Below are positions 10,401 to 18,671 of a stretch of 32,000 nt of DNA, piece by piece (within the stretch, counting starts at the first letter, position 1; the number at the start of each line of letters is the position of its first letter). Under the pieces are notes generated by a model. That model searched no databases. It was not told the origin of the DNA and was given only the letters and a program-made list of their open reading frames with translations. The DNA comes from Candidatus Heimdallarchaeota archaeon B3_Heim (GTDB lineage: Archaea; Asgardarchaeota; Heimdallarchaeia; Hodarchaeales; Hodarchaeaceae). The position numbers were made by a program, and so were the translations under genes. The stretch covers positions 1 to 32,000 of the forward strand of contig NJBF01000014.1 of NCBI GenBank assembly GCA_003144275.1. Direction: 5' to 3'.

Positions 10401-13400
10401 CCTATTACTTTACTCGATAAAGAAACAATTGAAAAATTAGAATCATTAGAAATTCTATGCCTTGAAGAGCTGATTTCTGTCATTTCACAAGATAAAATCA
10501 AACCTAAAGCATTATCTGGGAAGGTGAAGGGAGTATTAGAACAGTTAAACGTACCTATATGTTACTTACCAATTCCTAGCAAATATTATTCATTACTTCA
10601 TCATTTAGGAATATCAAAAGTGATAAATTTTCTAATCTGGCCTGATAATGACTTGCATAGAAAATCGGGAATTTCTTACAAAATAATTGAAGATATTAAG
10701 AGTAAAATTACGTTAGAGGGTATCCAAAAGCAGATACAACTCAAGAAAAGACCGATTTCGATTCTGGCAAATAACCTTGAAGGAAAATCTTGGACAAATC
10801 TTCTTAATTCTGATATTAATGTCCAAGAACTTTATTATAATCTACCGTATGAAGAAAGCGCAATTAAAAAGCTTCAACTAACTCAAAAAGAAACTAATAC
10901 GTTGATAGATTTATTTAATACTCCCATTACTCGATTATCACATATTCGACCAAGATGGGTTGATAGTTTGAGAGGTGGTGGAATAAAATCATTTATCGAT
11001 TTTATTTCATGGTCCCCTGATGAAATTGCGGGAATAATCGGCCGAGATACAGAATACGTTTCAGATTTAACAAAGAATATACCTAAATTTTCTGATGGAA
11101 TGGCTTTGATAGATCTCGGGGTGTTTACAGCAGCCGAACTGAAAACATTAAAGACTCGTGGATATTCCACAGTTGAAAGTGTTTACTTCTGTGCAGATAA
11201 GCAAACATTTGGAATCATGGGTGTTAAATGGAAAAAGATTGAGAGATATCAAAGAATTCTCGAAACTCCAATTGCAATGATTCAATTACAAGCAAGCAGT
11301 GATAAATCCCAAATTAGATTTTCTCATGATGGTTTGGAGGGTCTAGCAAACAATGGAATAGACCAAATTATCAAATTGATCTATTGGCCACCAAATGAAC
11401 TTAAATCAATACTAAACATGTCTCAAAAGCGAATAGATGAACTAAAACAAGCTGTTGCTATTAAAGAGCATGGAATGCCCCTGGAACATGTTGCTGGATA
11501 TAATCGTAAAACAATTTCGACATTAACGAATTATGGTATTGAAACCGTCGAAGATTTATATTTTAGTGCTAATGAAGATATGCTAGATGAAGAAGATGAC
11601 TTAGATTTTTCTTATGTGAAGAAAAGTATTGAAGCTCTTGATCTTCCAATAACTTATCTAAATGGGATTATCTCACCTAAGTATGTTGAAAAACTTGTTA
11701 ATTATAGACTCGACACGATTTTACGTTTCTTAATTTCCTCTCCTAATGAATTATCAAATGTTTTAGAAACCCCACCTGAAAATGTTGAGAACCTGCGGAA
11801 TAAGGTTAACCTTATGCGTCTACGGGAATCAACAGAGACTTCTGCCTCAATAATCGAGGGATTAACTAGGCAACAAAACCGTGCAATGGCAGAAGAGAAA
11901 ATTTTGTCTGTTTATGACTTTTTGACGACACCAGATGAACAGTTTGCTAATATAATTGAGACTGAACCAGAAATGATTAAAACAATGAAACAAGAGTTAA
12001 ATTTCACAAGCATTAAAACGATCAAAGAAGAAAAAATGATCCCATTAACTAAAATTTCGTTGTTTGATAAAAACACTGTTAAAAAATTCGCCCGATATGG
12101 AATTGAAAGCTTAGCTGACCTTTATTATGTCGCTACTCCCAAATCCTTACAGGAAAGTGATCTGGAATGGCAAACTATATTAGACACCAGATTAGTGCTG
12201 GAAATGCCAATTGAGACGAGTACTATAATTACTAAATCTGAACTCAAGGCCTTTCACCAAAAGAAAATTCTTACAGTATTCGATTTAATGATAGATTCAT
12301 GGGAGGAGATGAATAAAAAAACAGGAATTGATATCGATAGAATTAAGAAGATTCAGGAATCTATTCGCATTACTGAAATAATTAATCTACTAAAAAATCT
12401 TTCAATTGAAAGAATCGATTTTCCACCCGATTATTTACAAAAGATAAAAGCAAAGAATCTAGCCACGGTTTATAATCTACTTATCTCAACAGAAGAAGAC
12501 CTATATCTGAAAAAGCATAAGGAAAAGAAGATCCGAGTAACCACTGAATTGTGGACTGATTTATTTACAATTTTAGCAATTCCACTGTACCTAATACTGG
12601 GTTCTGAGAACGAGGACGTTAAAAAATTAAAGCAGAAAAAAGTTGATACGATACGGCACGTGTACTCTATTGATTCTGAAAAACTTACAAATATCTTGGA
12701 GCAACCTGCAGAAACGCTCTATTCTGAGCTAAATAATCTCGATACTAAAGAACTTACTCAACTATTAGCTATACCAATTAGTTTTATACCCTCTTTGCCA
12801 GTAGAATGGTTTTTCCCTTTACGAAATAATTCTATTCTTCGGGTAGGGGATTTTATTAGGCTTAACCACCGAGATTTGGCATCATTGGTATCAGCGTCTT
12901 TTCCTAAGATTCGATCTGTCTTCAATGATATCAATTTTGCCTCGTTAATGAAAAAGTTAGAGGAAGAGGCTATTCAAGTGACCAAATTATCAAATATTTT
13001 ACCTCCTCAAACTATTAATAAGTTATCAACGAAAGGAATAACTTCTTTGCAAGCATTGATTCTTTTCAGTACTGATGAATCGAAACTGGATGACATCGAT
13101 GATTTTTTGCGAATACTGGATGGTCCAATTAATAGATTATCTGACGAGTTTCAAGTAGCTGATTTACGTAAAATGTCTAATTCTGGTATTACTACCCTTG
13201 CTTCATGGTTTTCTGCTCCTAACGACGGCTTATCAACAATTTTAAGAATGAGACAAAAGGATATAAATGATCTAAAACAGAATTTTAATTTTGAATTGGC
13301 TGGAAAAGTTATTGATTCAGAGACAACAGTGTCTAGTATTGTTGAATCTGGTTTTATTGATTTTAGTGAATTATCTTCACATAAAGTCAACACTCTCGAA

Positions 13401-14453
13401 GATCTATTATTCATTGAAATTGAGACGATTCACGCTTCTGATCAGTTTAAATCTCGATTAAATGGTCTACGTGATGCACTAAACTCTTCCCTTGCATATT
13501 ATTCTTTAGTTCCCTCTGCTTATGTAGTACCGCTTGCATTTAATGGAATTACATCTGTTTACAATCTAATTCAAACAGAATTTTCCCAATTAGAAGATCC
13601 GACTGGCGTAATAACAGAGGAATCTTATAACTTCGCTAGAAATTCAGTAAATTTAGTAGACATCTTAACTCACAAGAAAACAGAGTCTGAATTCCGAGTG
13701 AAGCTTTCTTCTTTACGAGCTTTTACTCCTAATCAACTTACAAAGATACAGGAACTTGGTGTTGATAACGTAATTGATTTATACTTTCGATTAGACTCCG
13801 AAAGATGCCCAAAATCCTTGATACCAGCGATAGATGGTGTTAAGCGAGTTCTTGAGAAACCTGTTGCAGTTTTACCTCTTGTTAAGGAAACTTTCCCCGA
13901 AAAAATTCCTTTGCTGTATAATGTTGGTCTAACCTCAATTATAGAATTCTTGTTCTGGAATAAGGATGAACTGGCTGAAATTCTTGAGGTAAAAAGATAT
14001 GAAATTTCCAAATATCGAAAAGTTAATCTCTCTGAGTTGAAACGGAAGAAGAATTTGGGAACTCCTATCCAGAATTTTGTTCGTCTTTCAGAGAAATATT
14101 ATGAACCACTACATGAATTTGGTATTGACAATATTGAAGATCTGTATTTTAATGGTAAACGGTATGCTAAATTAATTCCTGATGAGCTAGTTCCTCAAAA
14201 AGTATTGAATGCCTGCATATCTGACTTAGAAATGCCTGTAGTAAAACTAGCTGAACTACCCATACCATCTGCTCAGGAGTTAGTTAAGAAAAGAATCACG
14301 AGAATTATTGATTTTATTTATTGGCCAGATGAGGATTTGAAGAAAACTCGTGGTCTTTCTGCTGCAAAAATAAAAAAGATAAGATCTAATGTTAGATTAC
14401 GAAGGAAAACTGATGTTTTAGGTCAATTGGACTCCTATATGGGAGGAAATTAA
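7494..14453 (+). CDS. top6B: DNA topoisomerase VI subunit B with a ~1750-aa C-terminal extension of tandem HhH-like repeats
   Basis: RELVENGLDA, DNGSGI, SRGRFGLGAK (GHKL); H2TH (FQGMGPKTA); RFANRIPL, WKNY (8832-8843) and KIPFPETSKE (transducer). The TTG start overlaps the gyrA stop (TTGA) with a GGGAG SD. No stop occurs until 14453. Confidence 0.93.
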   Translation: MKVPASKPSKKTINSEKVVRRSAADFFQDNKAIAGFDNSMRVVFTSVRELVENGLDAAERMGHLPELHVTIKKLQKEEIARLLNVKSFESSEKLDFLRLTVRDNGSGIQCEFIPPLFGRVLTGSNYGSRQSRGRFGLGAKMVLLNAMSSVDLPLIIKSKYIDEDFTSYHELMINLAENEPIILAQREIPQNTTEAIIESGTEVSVTFTGAWNLASRYIYEYFSQLAMITPYASLYIQYPDSEAPIELERVVEEMPAYPRIAKVHPWGTDITQFKRELNVTRSDTMEIFLQDHFQGMGPKTARDFLDFVKIDYQTNPKKLSASSIRRIIHEGFTVPDRDKTKKKDRKYFPFKRPSGDSLSPLSWELLEKGIIKELSPQFAKATSGEVSAYAGHPFIVEAALAYGGPNLSKEEGSRGANPKIYRFANRIPLLFGAGNDIISKCVQKMNWKNYKININKAPIAIVVSVVSSKIPFPETSKEYIADVDELRVEILRVLKKLARGLGQHLGRAERERRERQRQSRFESAAPRVIQNLSQILISEHSPYLLTSGEEISKLQKALASAIPRLVRRAYPPSPQISTIGEWLPMDIHLKLVENNIQTIYQFLRTPFPELNSITGMSVERIDAIVRKTVTKQEQTYRSPIVREFEFFSKEIERDFSKYRNSNTIHKSLNKRWIVNAFDFFSTPTSQLREVEEFPEKLLYETKVKAISEFLDSTSDDTFRLGLLPWLTGDIEKRFKNAKINNILEYLVIFPEKISSIPKLAIRLIESAKEEIREGVEGGYIDPEKVIGASTFDWMDYRVTPKLRGRKISKIKEFLNSPSEKLAELNELIDNLIIKSKNNLKESFHTYNDNTSLFRIPGIQESMISDLERLDIHGFIDFLLTNEKDLLIVRGLIDALILIKQDEILDEINATFDPVPIKNAFWLDLELEKILLKKGISTIFDFISHPTTELRKIKGIDSMVLKTIKKTYGTPITLLDKETIEKLESLEILCLEELISVISQDKIKPKALSGKVKGVLEQLNVPICYLPIPSKYYSLLHHLGISKVINFLIWPDNDLHRKSGISYKIIEDIKSKITLEGIQKQIQLKKRPISILANNLEGKSWTNLLNSDINVQELYYNLPYEESAIKKLQLTQKETNTLIDLFNTPITRLSHIRPRWVDSLRGGGIKSFIDFISWSPDEIAGIIGRDTEYVSDLTKNIPKFSDGMALIDLGVFTAAELKTLKTRGYSTVESVYFCADKQTFGIMGVKWKKIERYQRILETPIAMIQLQASSDKSQIRFSHDGLEGLANNGIDQIIKLIYWPPNELKSILNMSQKRIDELKQAVAIKEHGMPLEHVAGYNRKTISTLTNYGIETVEDLYFSANEDMLDEEDDLDFSYVKKSIEALDLPITYLNGIISPKYVEKLVNYRLDTILRFLISSPNELSNVLETPPENVENLRNKVNLMRLRESTETSASIIEGLTRQQNRAMAEEKILSVYDFLTTPDEQFANIIETEPEMIKTMKQELNFTSIKTIKEEKMIPLTKISLFDKNTVKKFARYGIESLADLYYVATPKSLQESDLEWQTILDTRLVLEMPIETSTIITKSELKAFHQKKILTVFDLMIDSWEEMNKKTGIDIDRIKKIQESIRITEIINLLKNLSIERIDFPPDYLQKIKAKNLATVYNLLISTEEDLYLKKHKEKKIRVTTELWTDLFTILAIPLYLILGSENEDVKKLKQKKVDTIRHVYSIDSEKLTNILEQPAETLYSELNNLDTKELTQLLAIPISFIPSLPVEWFFPLRNNSILRVGDFIRLNHRDLASLVSASFPKIRSVFNDINFASLMKKLEEEAIQVTKLSNILPPQTINKLSTKGITSLQALILFSTDESKLDDIDDFLRILDGPINRLSDEFQVADLRKMSNSGITTLASWFSAPNDGLSTILRMRQKDINDLKQNFNFELAGKVIDSETTVSSIVESGFIDFSELSSHKVNTLEDLLFIEIETIHASDQFKSRLNGLRDALNSSLAYYSLVPSAYVVPLAFNGITSVYNLIQTEFSQLEDPTGVITEESYNFARNSVNLVDILTHKKTESEFRVKLSSLRAFTPNQLTKIQELGVDNVIDLYFRLDSERCPKSLIPAIDGVKRVLEKPVAVLPLVKETFPEKIPLLYNVGLTSIIEFLFWNKDELAEILEVKRYEISKYRKVNLSELKRKKNLGTPIQNFVRLSEKYYEPLHEFGIDNIEDLYFNGKRYAKLIPDELVPQKVLNACISDLEMPVVKLAELPIPSAQELVKKRITRIIDFIYWPDEDLKKTRGLSAAKIKKIRSNVRLRRKTDVLGQLDSYMGGN
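9200..14400 (+). repeat. Protein-level tandem repeat array: ~25-28 degenerate units of P[IL]..L........L...GI.T[IV].D[FL], alternate units extended by P..EL..I.G....I..I
   Basis: Examples: KGISTIFDFISHPTTELRKIKGI, GISKVINFLIWPDNDLHRKSGI, GIETVEDLYF, GIESLADLYY, GVDNVIDLYF, GIDNIEDLYF, RITRIIDFIYWPDEDLKKTRGLS. Count is by eye; no obvious nucleotide-level identity between units. Confidence 0.85.
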
Positions 14454-14455
14454 AC

Positions 14456-15865
14456 GTGTCTGAAAAAAAACAACATACAATAGTTTTGGAAGATTATTCT
14501 TTCAAAAATAAAGTAATTAAAGTGAAAATGGAACAAAATGATACGGTTCAAGGAGTTATTGGTCTTATAAAGACTGCTCTTGGACTTAAAACAGAAAAAA
14601 TCCATATTTTATATGGATTTAAGAAATCAAAATCCTTTGAAGTTTTAACAAAAAAGAGCCTCTCAAAATTATGGGAAATGACTGATCAGGGAGATGTTGT
14701 ACTCCAGGTTCGCCGGAAAGTAAGTTTAACTGGATTAAAAAAAATAAGAGATACTGTCAGTGATTCAGATATTGATCTTCCAGTATCCATCTTGAAAGTT
14801 GATAATGTTTCTGCAGAAGAAACAAAATCTCGCTTAAATAGAGTCGCTTTAGAATTTCTGGATGAAATTGCTGAGGATCCACGGAATGCAGCTTTTCGGA
14901 TTCCCTCCCGAAGTTCTGAAAATGTCGGTTATGATAATAATTCTAAAATGGTTCTTCTAGGGAGTAATGTTGTTGACAGACAATTCCGTCATTTAAGTAG
15001 TGTACAAAGCGTCGTCCAATTAACGGGTTTAATGCGATATGTTACTGAAATTCTTGCTACTGAAAAACATGCGACAAAAAGACATTTATTTTATCGTGAT
15101 GTGAACCTTTTCGGAAATCAAAGAGTTTCTGATGGATTGATCGAGGATCTTGGAGCCTTACTACGTGTATCGAGAAATTCATTAAACGTTATTGCTACTG
15201 CGAAAGGAAAAGTTATTGGAAGGCTTTCTTTCACCGAAGGTGGCGATCATATTGATTGTACGAAAGGATTGGGTGGGCATGCAATTACCCCTATGCTTGA
15301 TCAGGTGGAGAACTTTGATAGTGATGCAGAATTCATGCTAATAATCGAGAAAGATGCAGTTTTCCAAGATTTAGCGGAGGATAAATTCTTTAATTATCTT
15401 CCCTGCATACTAATAACTGCCTCAGGACAACCTGACATGGCTACTCGGTTATTTATAAAAAAAGCATATCAAGAATTAAAAATTCCTATTTTAGGGTTCT
15501 TAGATGCTGATCCGTATGGATTAGACATTTTGAGAGTATATTCAATAGGTAGTAAAGCTTTGAGTTTTGAAAGTGTTGAGTTGGCTGTACCTGATATTCG
15601 ATGGTTGGGTTTATTACCTTCTGATATTGAGGAATATCAAATTCCAAAATCCGTTTTAATTAAAATGACAGAAAATGACAATAAACGAGCTGATGACTTG
15701 TTAAAAGAAGATTTTGTCAAATCACGTCCTGAGTGGGAAAAACAGATACTTATTATGAAAAATACAGGACATAAAGCTGAAATACAGGCGTTAGCAAGCA
15801 AGAATTGGCGGTATATGACTGGAACATATCTTCCGACGAAGATTGATTCAGCAGACTGGGTATAG
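14456..15865 (+). CDS. top6A: DNA topoisomerase VI subunit A (Spo11 family) with an extra N-terminal ubiquitin-like domain
   Basis: IPSRSSENV, catalytic TKRHLFY (Tyr213 at 15092-15094), IEKDAVF, GQPDMATR, DADPYG (TOPRIM DxD), KAEIQAL. GTG start 2 nt after the top6B stop with a GGGAGG SD at 14441-14446. Confidence 0.95.
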   Translation: MSEKKQHTIVLEDYSFKNKVIKVKMEQNDTVQGVIGLIKTALGLKTEKIHILYGFKKSKSFEVLTKKSLSKLWEMTDQGDVVLQVRRKVSLTGLKKIRDTVSDSDIDLPVSILKVDNVSAEETKSRLNRVALEFLDEIAEDPRNAAFRIPSRSSENVGYDNNSKMVLLGSNVVDRQFRHLSSVQSVVQLTGLMRYVTEILATEKHATKRHLFYRDVNLFGNQRVSDGLIEDLGALLRVSRNSLNVIATAKGKVIGRLSFTEGGDHIDCTKGLGGHAITPMLDQVENFDSDAEFMLIIEKDAVFQDLAEDKFFNYLPCILITASGQPDMATRLFIKKAYQELKIPILGFLDADPYGLDILRVYSIGSKALSFESVELAVPDIRWLGLLPSDIEEYQIPKSVLIKMTENDNKRADDLLKEDFVKSRPEWEKQILIMKNTGHKAEIQALASKNWRYMTGTYLPTKIDSADWV

Positions 15866-15877
15866 GTCTTTGGGTAT

Positions 15878-16546
15878 ATGTGTCCTCTTACATTCAGCAT
15901 TTTTCCTGAATTTAAGGGGAATTATTCCTATTATGCCCTCCAGAAAAATCTTGAATTGGTTGAAAGCGTTGTCCACTTCTCTAGAGGCCAATTCATGGGT
16001 CCAGAGAAAATTGAACTAATCAAAGAAAAACTAGGAAAAAAGTTGAAAGGGACCCGTTTTTACCCAGGAGGATCTAGTGTTCTTTTTGGATGGAGTTTTC
16101 CGTCTGAACAAGTAGGAAGGTTGATGTACAAACCATATTATACTCGACATTTGACTCAATTGCTTATCCATTATTTTTGTATTGGTGAATTCTTAACTTC
16201 ACTTAAAGAAATTGATTTAGAACCTGATATGCAACAAATTCATTTTATGATCCCAAAAGTAATTGGGATTGCAAAAATAGAGGCCTTTGAAAAAGAATTT
16301 CCAACTCTCATTGTTGAAGAAGTCCAAGGTGAAACTATTAAAAAGGATCTGCATTTAGTGAAAGCTATTAGTCATATAACGAAAAATCTAGGCTTGAAGG
16401 GACTTATATGTGACCCATATCCTGCTAATTGGAAGTATTACTCAGACCAAGACAAAGAACATATTTCTTACATTGATCTCTTTAGTTCAAACAAGCTTAA
16501 AGATATTAATGCACGCATTGCAAAATTGATTAATCAGTTACAATGA
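15878..16546 (+). CDS. Minimal protein-kinase-like fold protein (APH/RIO/Bud32-like pattern)
   Basis: Ordered motifs PGGSSVLF (Gly loop), LMYKPY (beta3 Lys), IPKVIG, LIVEEVQG (hinge), ICDPYPANW (DxxxxN catalytic loop), YIDLF (DFG-like). Starts 12 nt after top6A. Confidence 0.6.
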   Translation: MCPLTFSIFPEFKGNYSYYALQKNLELVESVVHFSRGQFMGPEKIELIKEKLGKKLKGTRFYPGGSSVLFGWSFPSEQVGRLMYKPYYTRHLTQLLIHYFCIGEFLTSLKEIDLEPDMQQIHFMIPKVIGIAKIEAFEKEFPTLIVEEVQGETIKKDLHLVKAISHITKNLGLKGLICDPYPANWKYYSDQDKEHISYIDLFSSNKLKDINARIAKLINQLQ

Positions 16547-16560
16547 GTTGAGAATGAATA

Positions 16561-17127
16561 TCAACTCTGGTCACGATAAGATACAGCGCGTCTAATAGCA
16601 GATGCAAATGCAGAAATAACACCAGTGTTCTTAACTGCTGAAGTGGGAAAATATTGAGCATGCATTTTATCTGCAAATCTCTGTCCGATATCGTCACTCA
16701 CTTCCCTGTCACCCTCTAAATCTACTTTATTACCAATTAGAACAGCTGGACTCTCTGGAATTACCTTTTTTACTTCTTTAAACCAACTGGGAAGAGATAA
16801 AACTGTGGATTCCCTTGAGATATCAAAAACATAGATTACTGCGTGAGCACCTTCGTAAAAGAGCGGTCGAACTTTATGAAAAGCGGGTTGTCCTGAGAGA
16901 TCCCAAAAAATCGCAGTGGTTGTACTTTTTCCTTCACTAGGGCTTGTGAGCTTAATAAAGGAGATATCTGCTCCAGCTGTAGGTTTATGTTCAAAACTAC
17001 GTTTAGTAAAGACGGAAACAAGCTGTGTCTTTCCAACTAATGCATCGCCTGCTACAACAATTTTATATTGACTATAATGAGGGATTTCAAATAGTATATC
17101 ATTAGGTGCGGACAAGATAAGAACCAC
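16561..17127 (-). CDS. Rab/Ras-like small GTPase
   Basis: G1 GDALVGKT, G2 PTAGAD, G3 WDLSGQ, FYEGAHAVIYVFDI, G4 GNKVD, G5 TSAVK. No C-terminal Cys motif. Confidence 0.93.
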   Translation of the reverse strand: MVLILSAPNDILFEIPHYSQYKIVVAGDALVGKTQLVSVFTKRSFEHKPTAGADISFIKLTSPSEGKSTTTAIFWDLSGQPAFHKVRPLFYEGAHAVIYVFDISRESTVLSLPSWFKEVKKVIPESPAVLIGNKVDLEGDREVSDDIGQRFADKMHAQYFPTSAVKNTGVISAFASAIRRAVSYRDQS

Positions 17128-17214
17128 TCATACATTTAATCTTGAAAAGAAGATTTTTTTCTTTGAATTGATGATCATATGATATTCCAACTTGAAGTTT
17201 ATAAGAAACTTTGC

Positions 17215-17355
17215 TTATTCAGATGTCTTTGGTGAAGGGGAATTATTTTTTTCTTCCTGAAGGAATTCTTCTAAGTGTTTAACACAGAAATACTTATTTT
17301 TATAGTTTGCATACAAAGGTTCTTGACACCCAGAACAAATTTTTTTATCATTCAT
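17215..17355 (-). CDS. 46-aa putative zinc-finger microprotein (CxxC...CxxH), below the ORF-track cutoff
   Basis: Manual translation gives MNDKKICSGCQEPLYANYKNKYFCVKHLEEFLQEEKNNSPSPKTSE*. ATG lies 17 nt after the aminotransferase stop on the same strand. Confidence 0.6.
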   Translation of the reverse strand: MNDKKICSGCQEPLYANYKNKYFCVKHLEEFLQEEKNNSPSPKTSE

Positions 17356-17372
17356 CGATAGATCCCAATTAA

Positions 17373-18572
17373 CTACGTTTTCTTGTACTCTTCTAAAGCT
17401 GAGACGATTTTTTTCATACCAAGATGTAGCTGCTCTTTTTCAGCGGTGAAGCAGATTCTAAAGTATTGATTATGCTCTTCAATCTGTTCCGTAGAAAAGT
17501 AGGAGCCTGGAACTGTAGTGACTCCATAATTATACTTCAACCATTTGCAAAAAATAGTCATATCAAGATTTGCTACCTTTGGAAAAAGGTAAAATGCACC
17601 TCGTGGTTTAGAGATTGAAAGGGTATCTGATTTTGTAAGAATTTCCAGACACAAATCTCGACGATCCTGATATGTTTTGACCAGCTCTGAAATCGAACGT
17701 TTTAATTGATTTCTGTCCTCTAATGCTTTATAAGCAGCGTATTGGGCGAGATTATTCGCACATATGTTCATGGTATGATGAATTACTTTGATTTGATCAA
17801 TTATGGGAGAAGGAGCTAATATGTAACCAATTCGGAACCCACACATCGACAACATCTTGCTAAAGCTTTGAATTATAATTGTTCGTTCCCATGCCTCTGG
17901 AAAGGCAGCTATGGATGGATACGCAAGATCATCAAAAATGATATCACTGTAAATCTCATCAGAAATGATTAAAAAGTTAAATTCGACTGAAAAATCAATT
18001 ATTTCCTGTAAAGATTTCTTAGGAATAATTGTACCTGTTGGATTACCAGGACTAATTAATAGTAGTGCTTTAACTGGCTCCTTTTCTAGAATTGACCTTA
18101 ATTTTCCAGTATCAATGTTAAAATTATCATTCACTGTAGTCTCAAGTGGGAGAATCTTTGCATCGTTATACTTGATGGCATTAATATAGGGGGGATAACT
18201 TGGGAACGGAATAATTATATTATCATTAGGGGATAAAATGGCCTTCAATACTGCAAATATCGCGCTCTGTCCTCCAGCGGTGACTAAAACTTCTCTAGGC
18301 GAATAGGTGAGGTTATGAAAAGCTTGTTGAAATGCCACAATTGCTTTTCGGAGATATTCTTCACCCATTAGATCTGTGTATCTGGTTAAATTCTTATTGA
18401 GAGCATCCACAACGGCTTCCTTAATATAAGCGGGAGTGGAAAGATCTGGTTGTCCTATATTCAAATGAATTTGTTCTTTCAGAGGTATCTTTGATTCCCA
18501 TGAATTAACAAGACGAATTCCCGAAATGGGAGTATCAAGCACAACAGGGTTCATGAATTGGTCGTAAAACAA
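17373..18572 (-). CDS. PLP-dependent aminotransferase class I/II (aspartate aminotransferase-like)
   Basis: LNIGQPD, VTAGGQSA, SPGNPTG, IISDEIY, SFSKMLSMCGFRIGY (PLP lysine), GAFYLF. Confidence 0.93.
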   Translation of the reverse strand: MFYDQFMNPVVLDTPISGIRLVNSWESKIPLKEQIHLNIGQPDLSTPAYIKEAVVDALNKNLTRYTDLMGEEYLRKAIVAFQQAFHNLTYSPREVLVTAGGQSAIFAVLKAILSPNDNIIIPFPSYPPYINAIKYNDAKILPLETTVNDNFNIDTGKLRSILEKEPVKALLLISPGNPTGTIIPKKSLQEIIDFSVEFNFLIISDEIYSDIIFDDLAYPSIAAFPEAWERTIIIQSFSKMLSMCGFRIGYILAPSPIIDQIKVIHHTMNICANNLAQYAAYKALEDRNQLKRSISELVKTYQDRRDLCLEILTKSDTLSISKPRGAFYLFPKVANLDMTIFCKWLKYNYGVTTVPGSYFSTEQIEEHNQYFRICFTAEKEQLHLGMKKIVSALEEYKKT

Positions 18573-18671
18573 TGTACATAATCCACGAGAAAAATGTAAA
18601 TTAAGGTTTGTTCTAAATATTCAAAGATAATTTTTGAGATAGAGTCAATATTGATTGAGAGAGAAATGAGA

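Noticed and set aside
7494-14453. Intein or stop-codon read-through explaining the long Top6B
   Set aside because: No intein N-terminal C/S or HN-C/S/T junction or LAGLIDADG motif is seen, the extension is terminal and repetitive, and no internal stop exists.
14456-15865. Meiotic Spo11 or evidence of meiosis
   Set aside because: Adjacent to and coupled with a full GHKL-containing Top6B, as for ordinary archaeal Topo VI.
3458-15900. Numerous 60-103-aa minus-strand ORFs within gyrB, gyrA, top6B and top6A
   Set aside because: Antisense to well-supported genes and without motifs.
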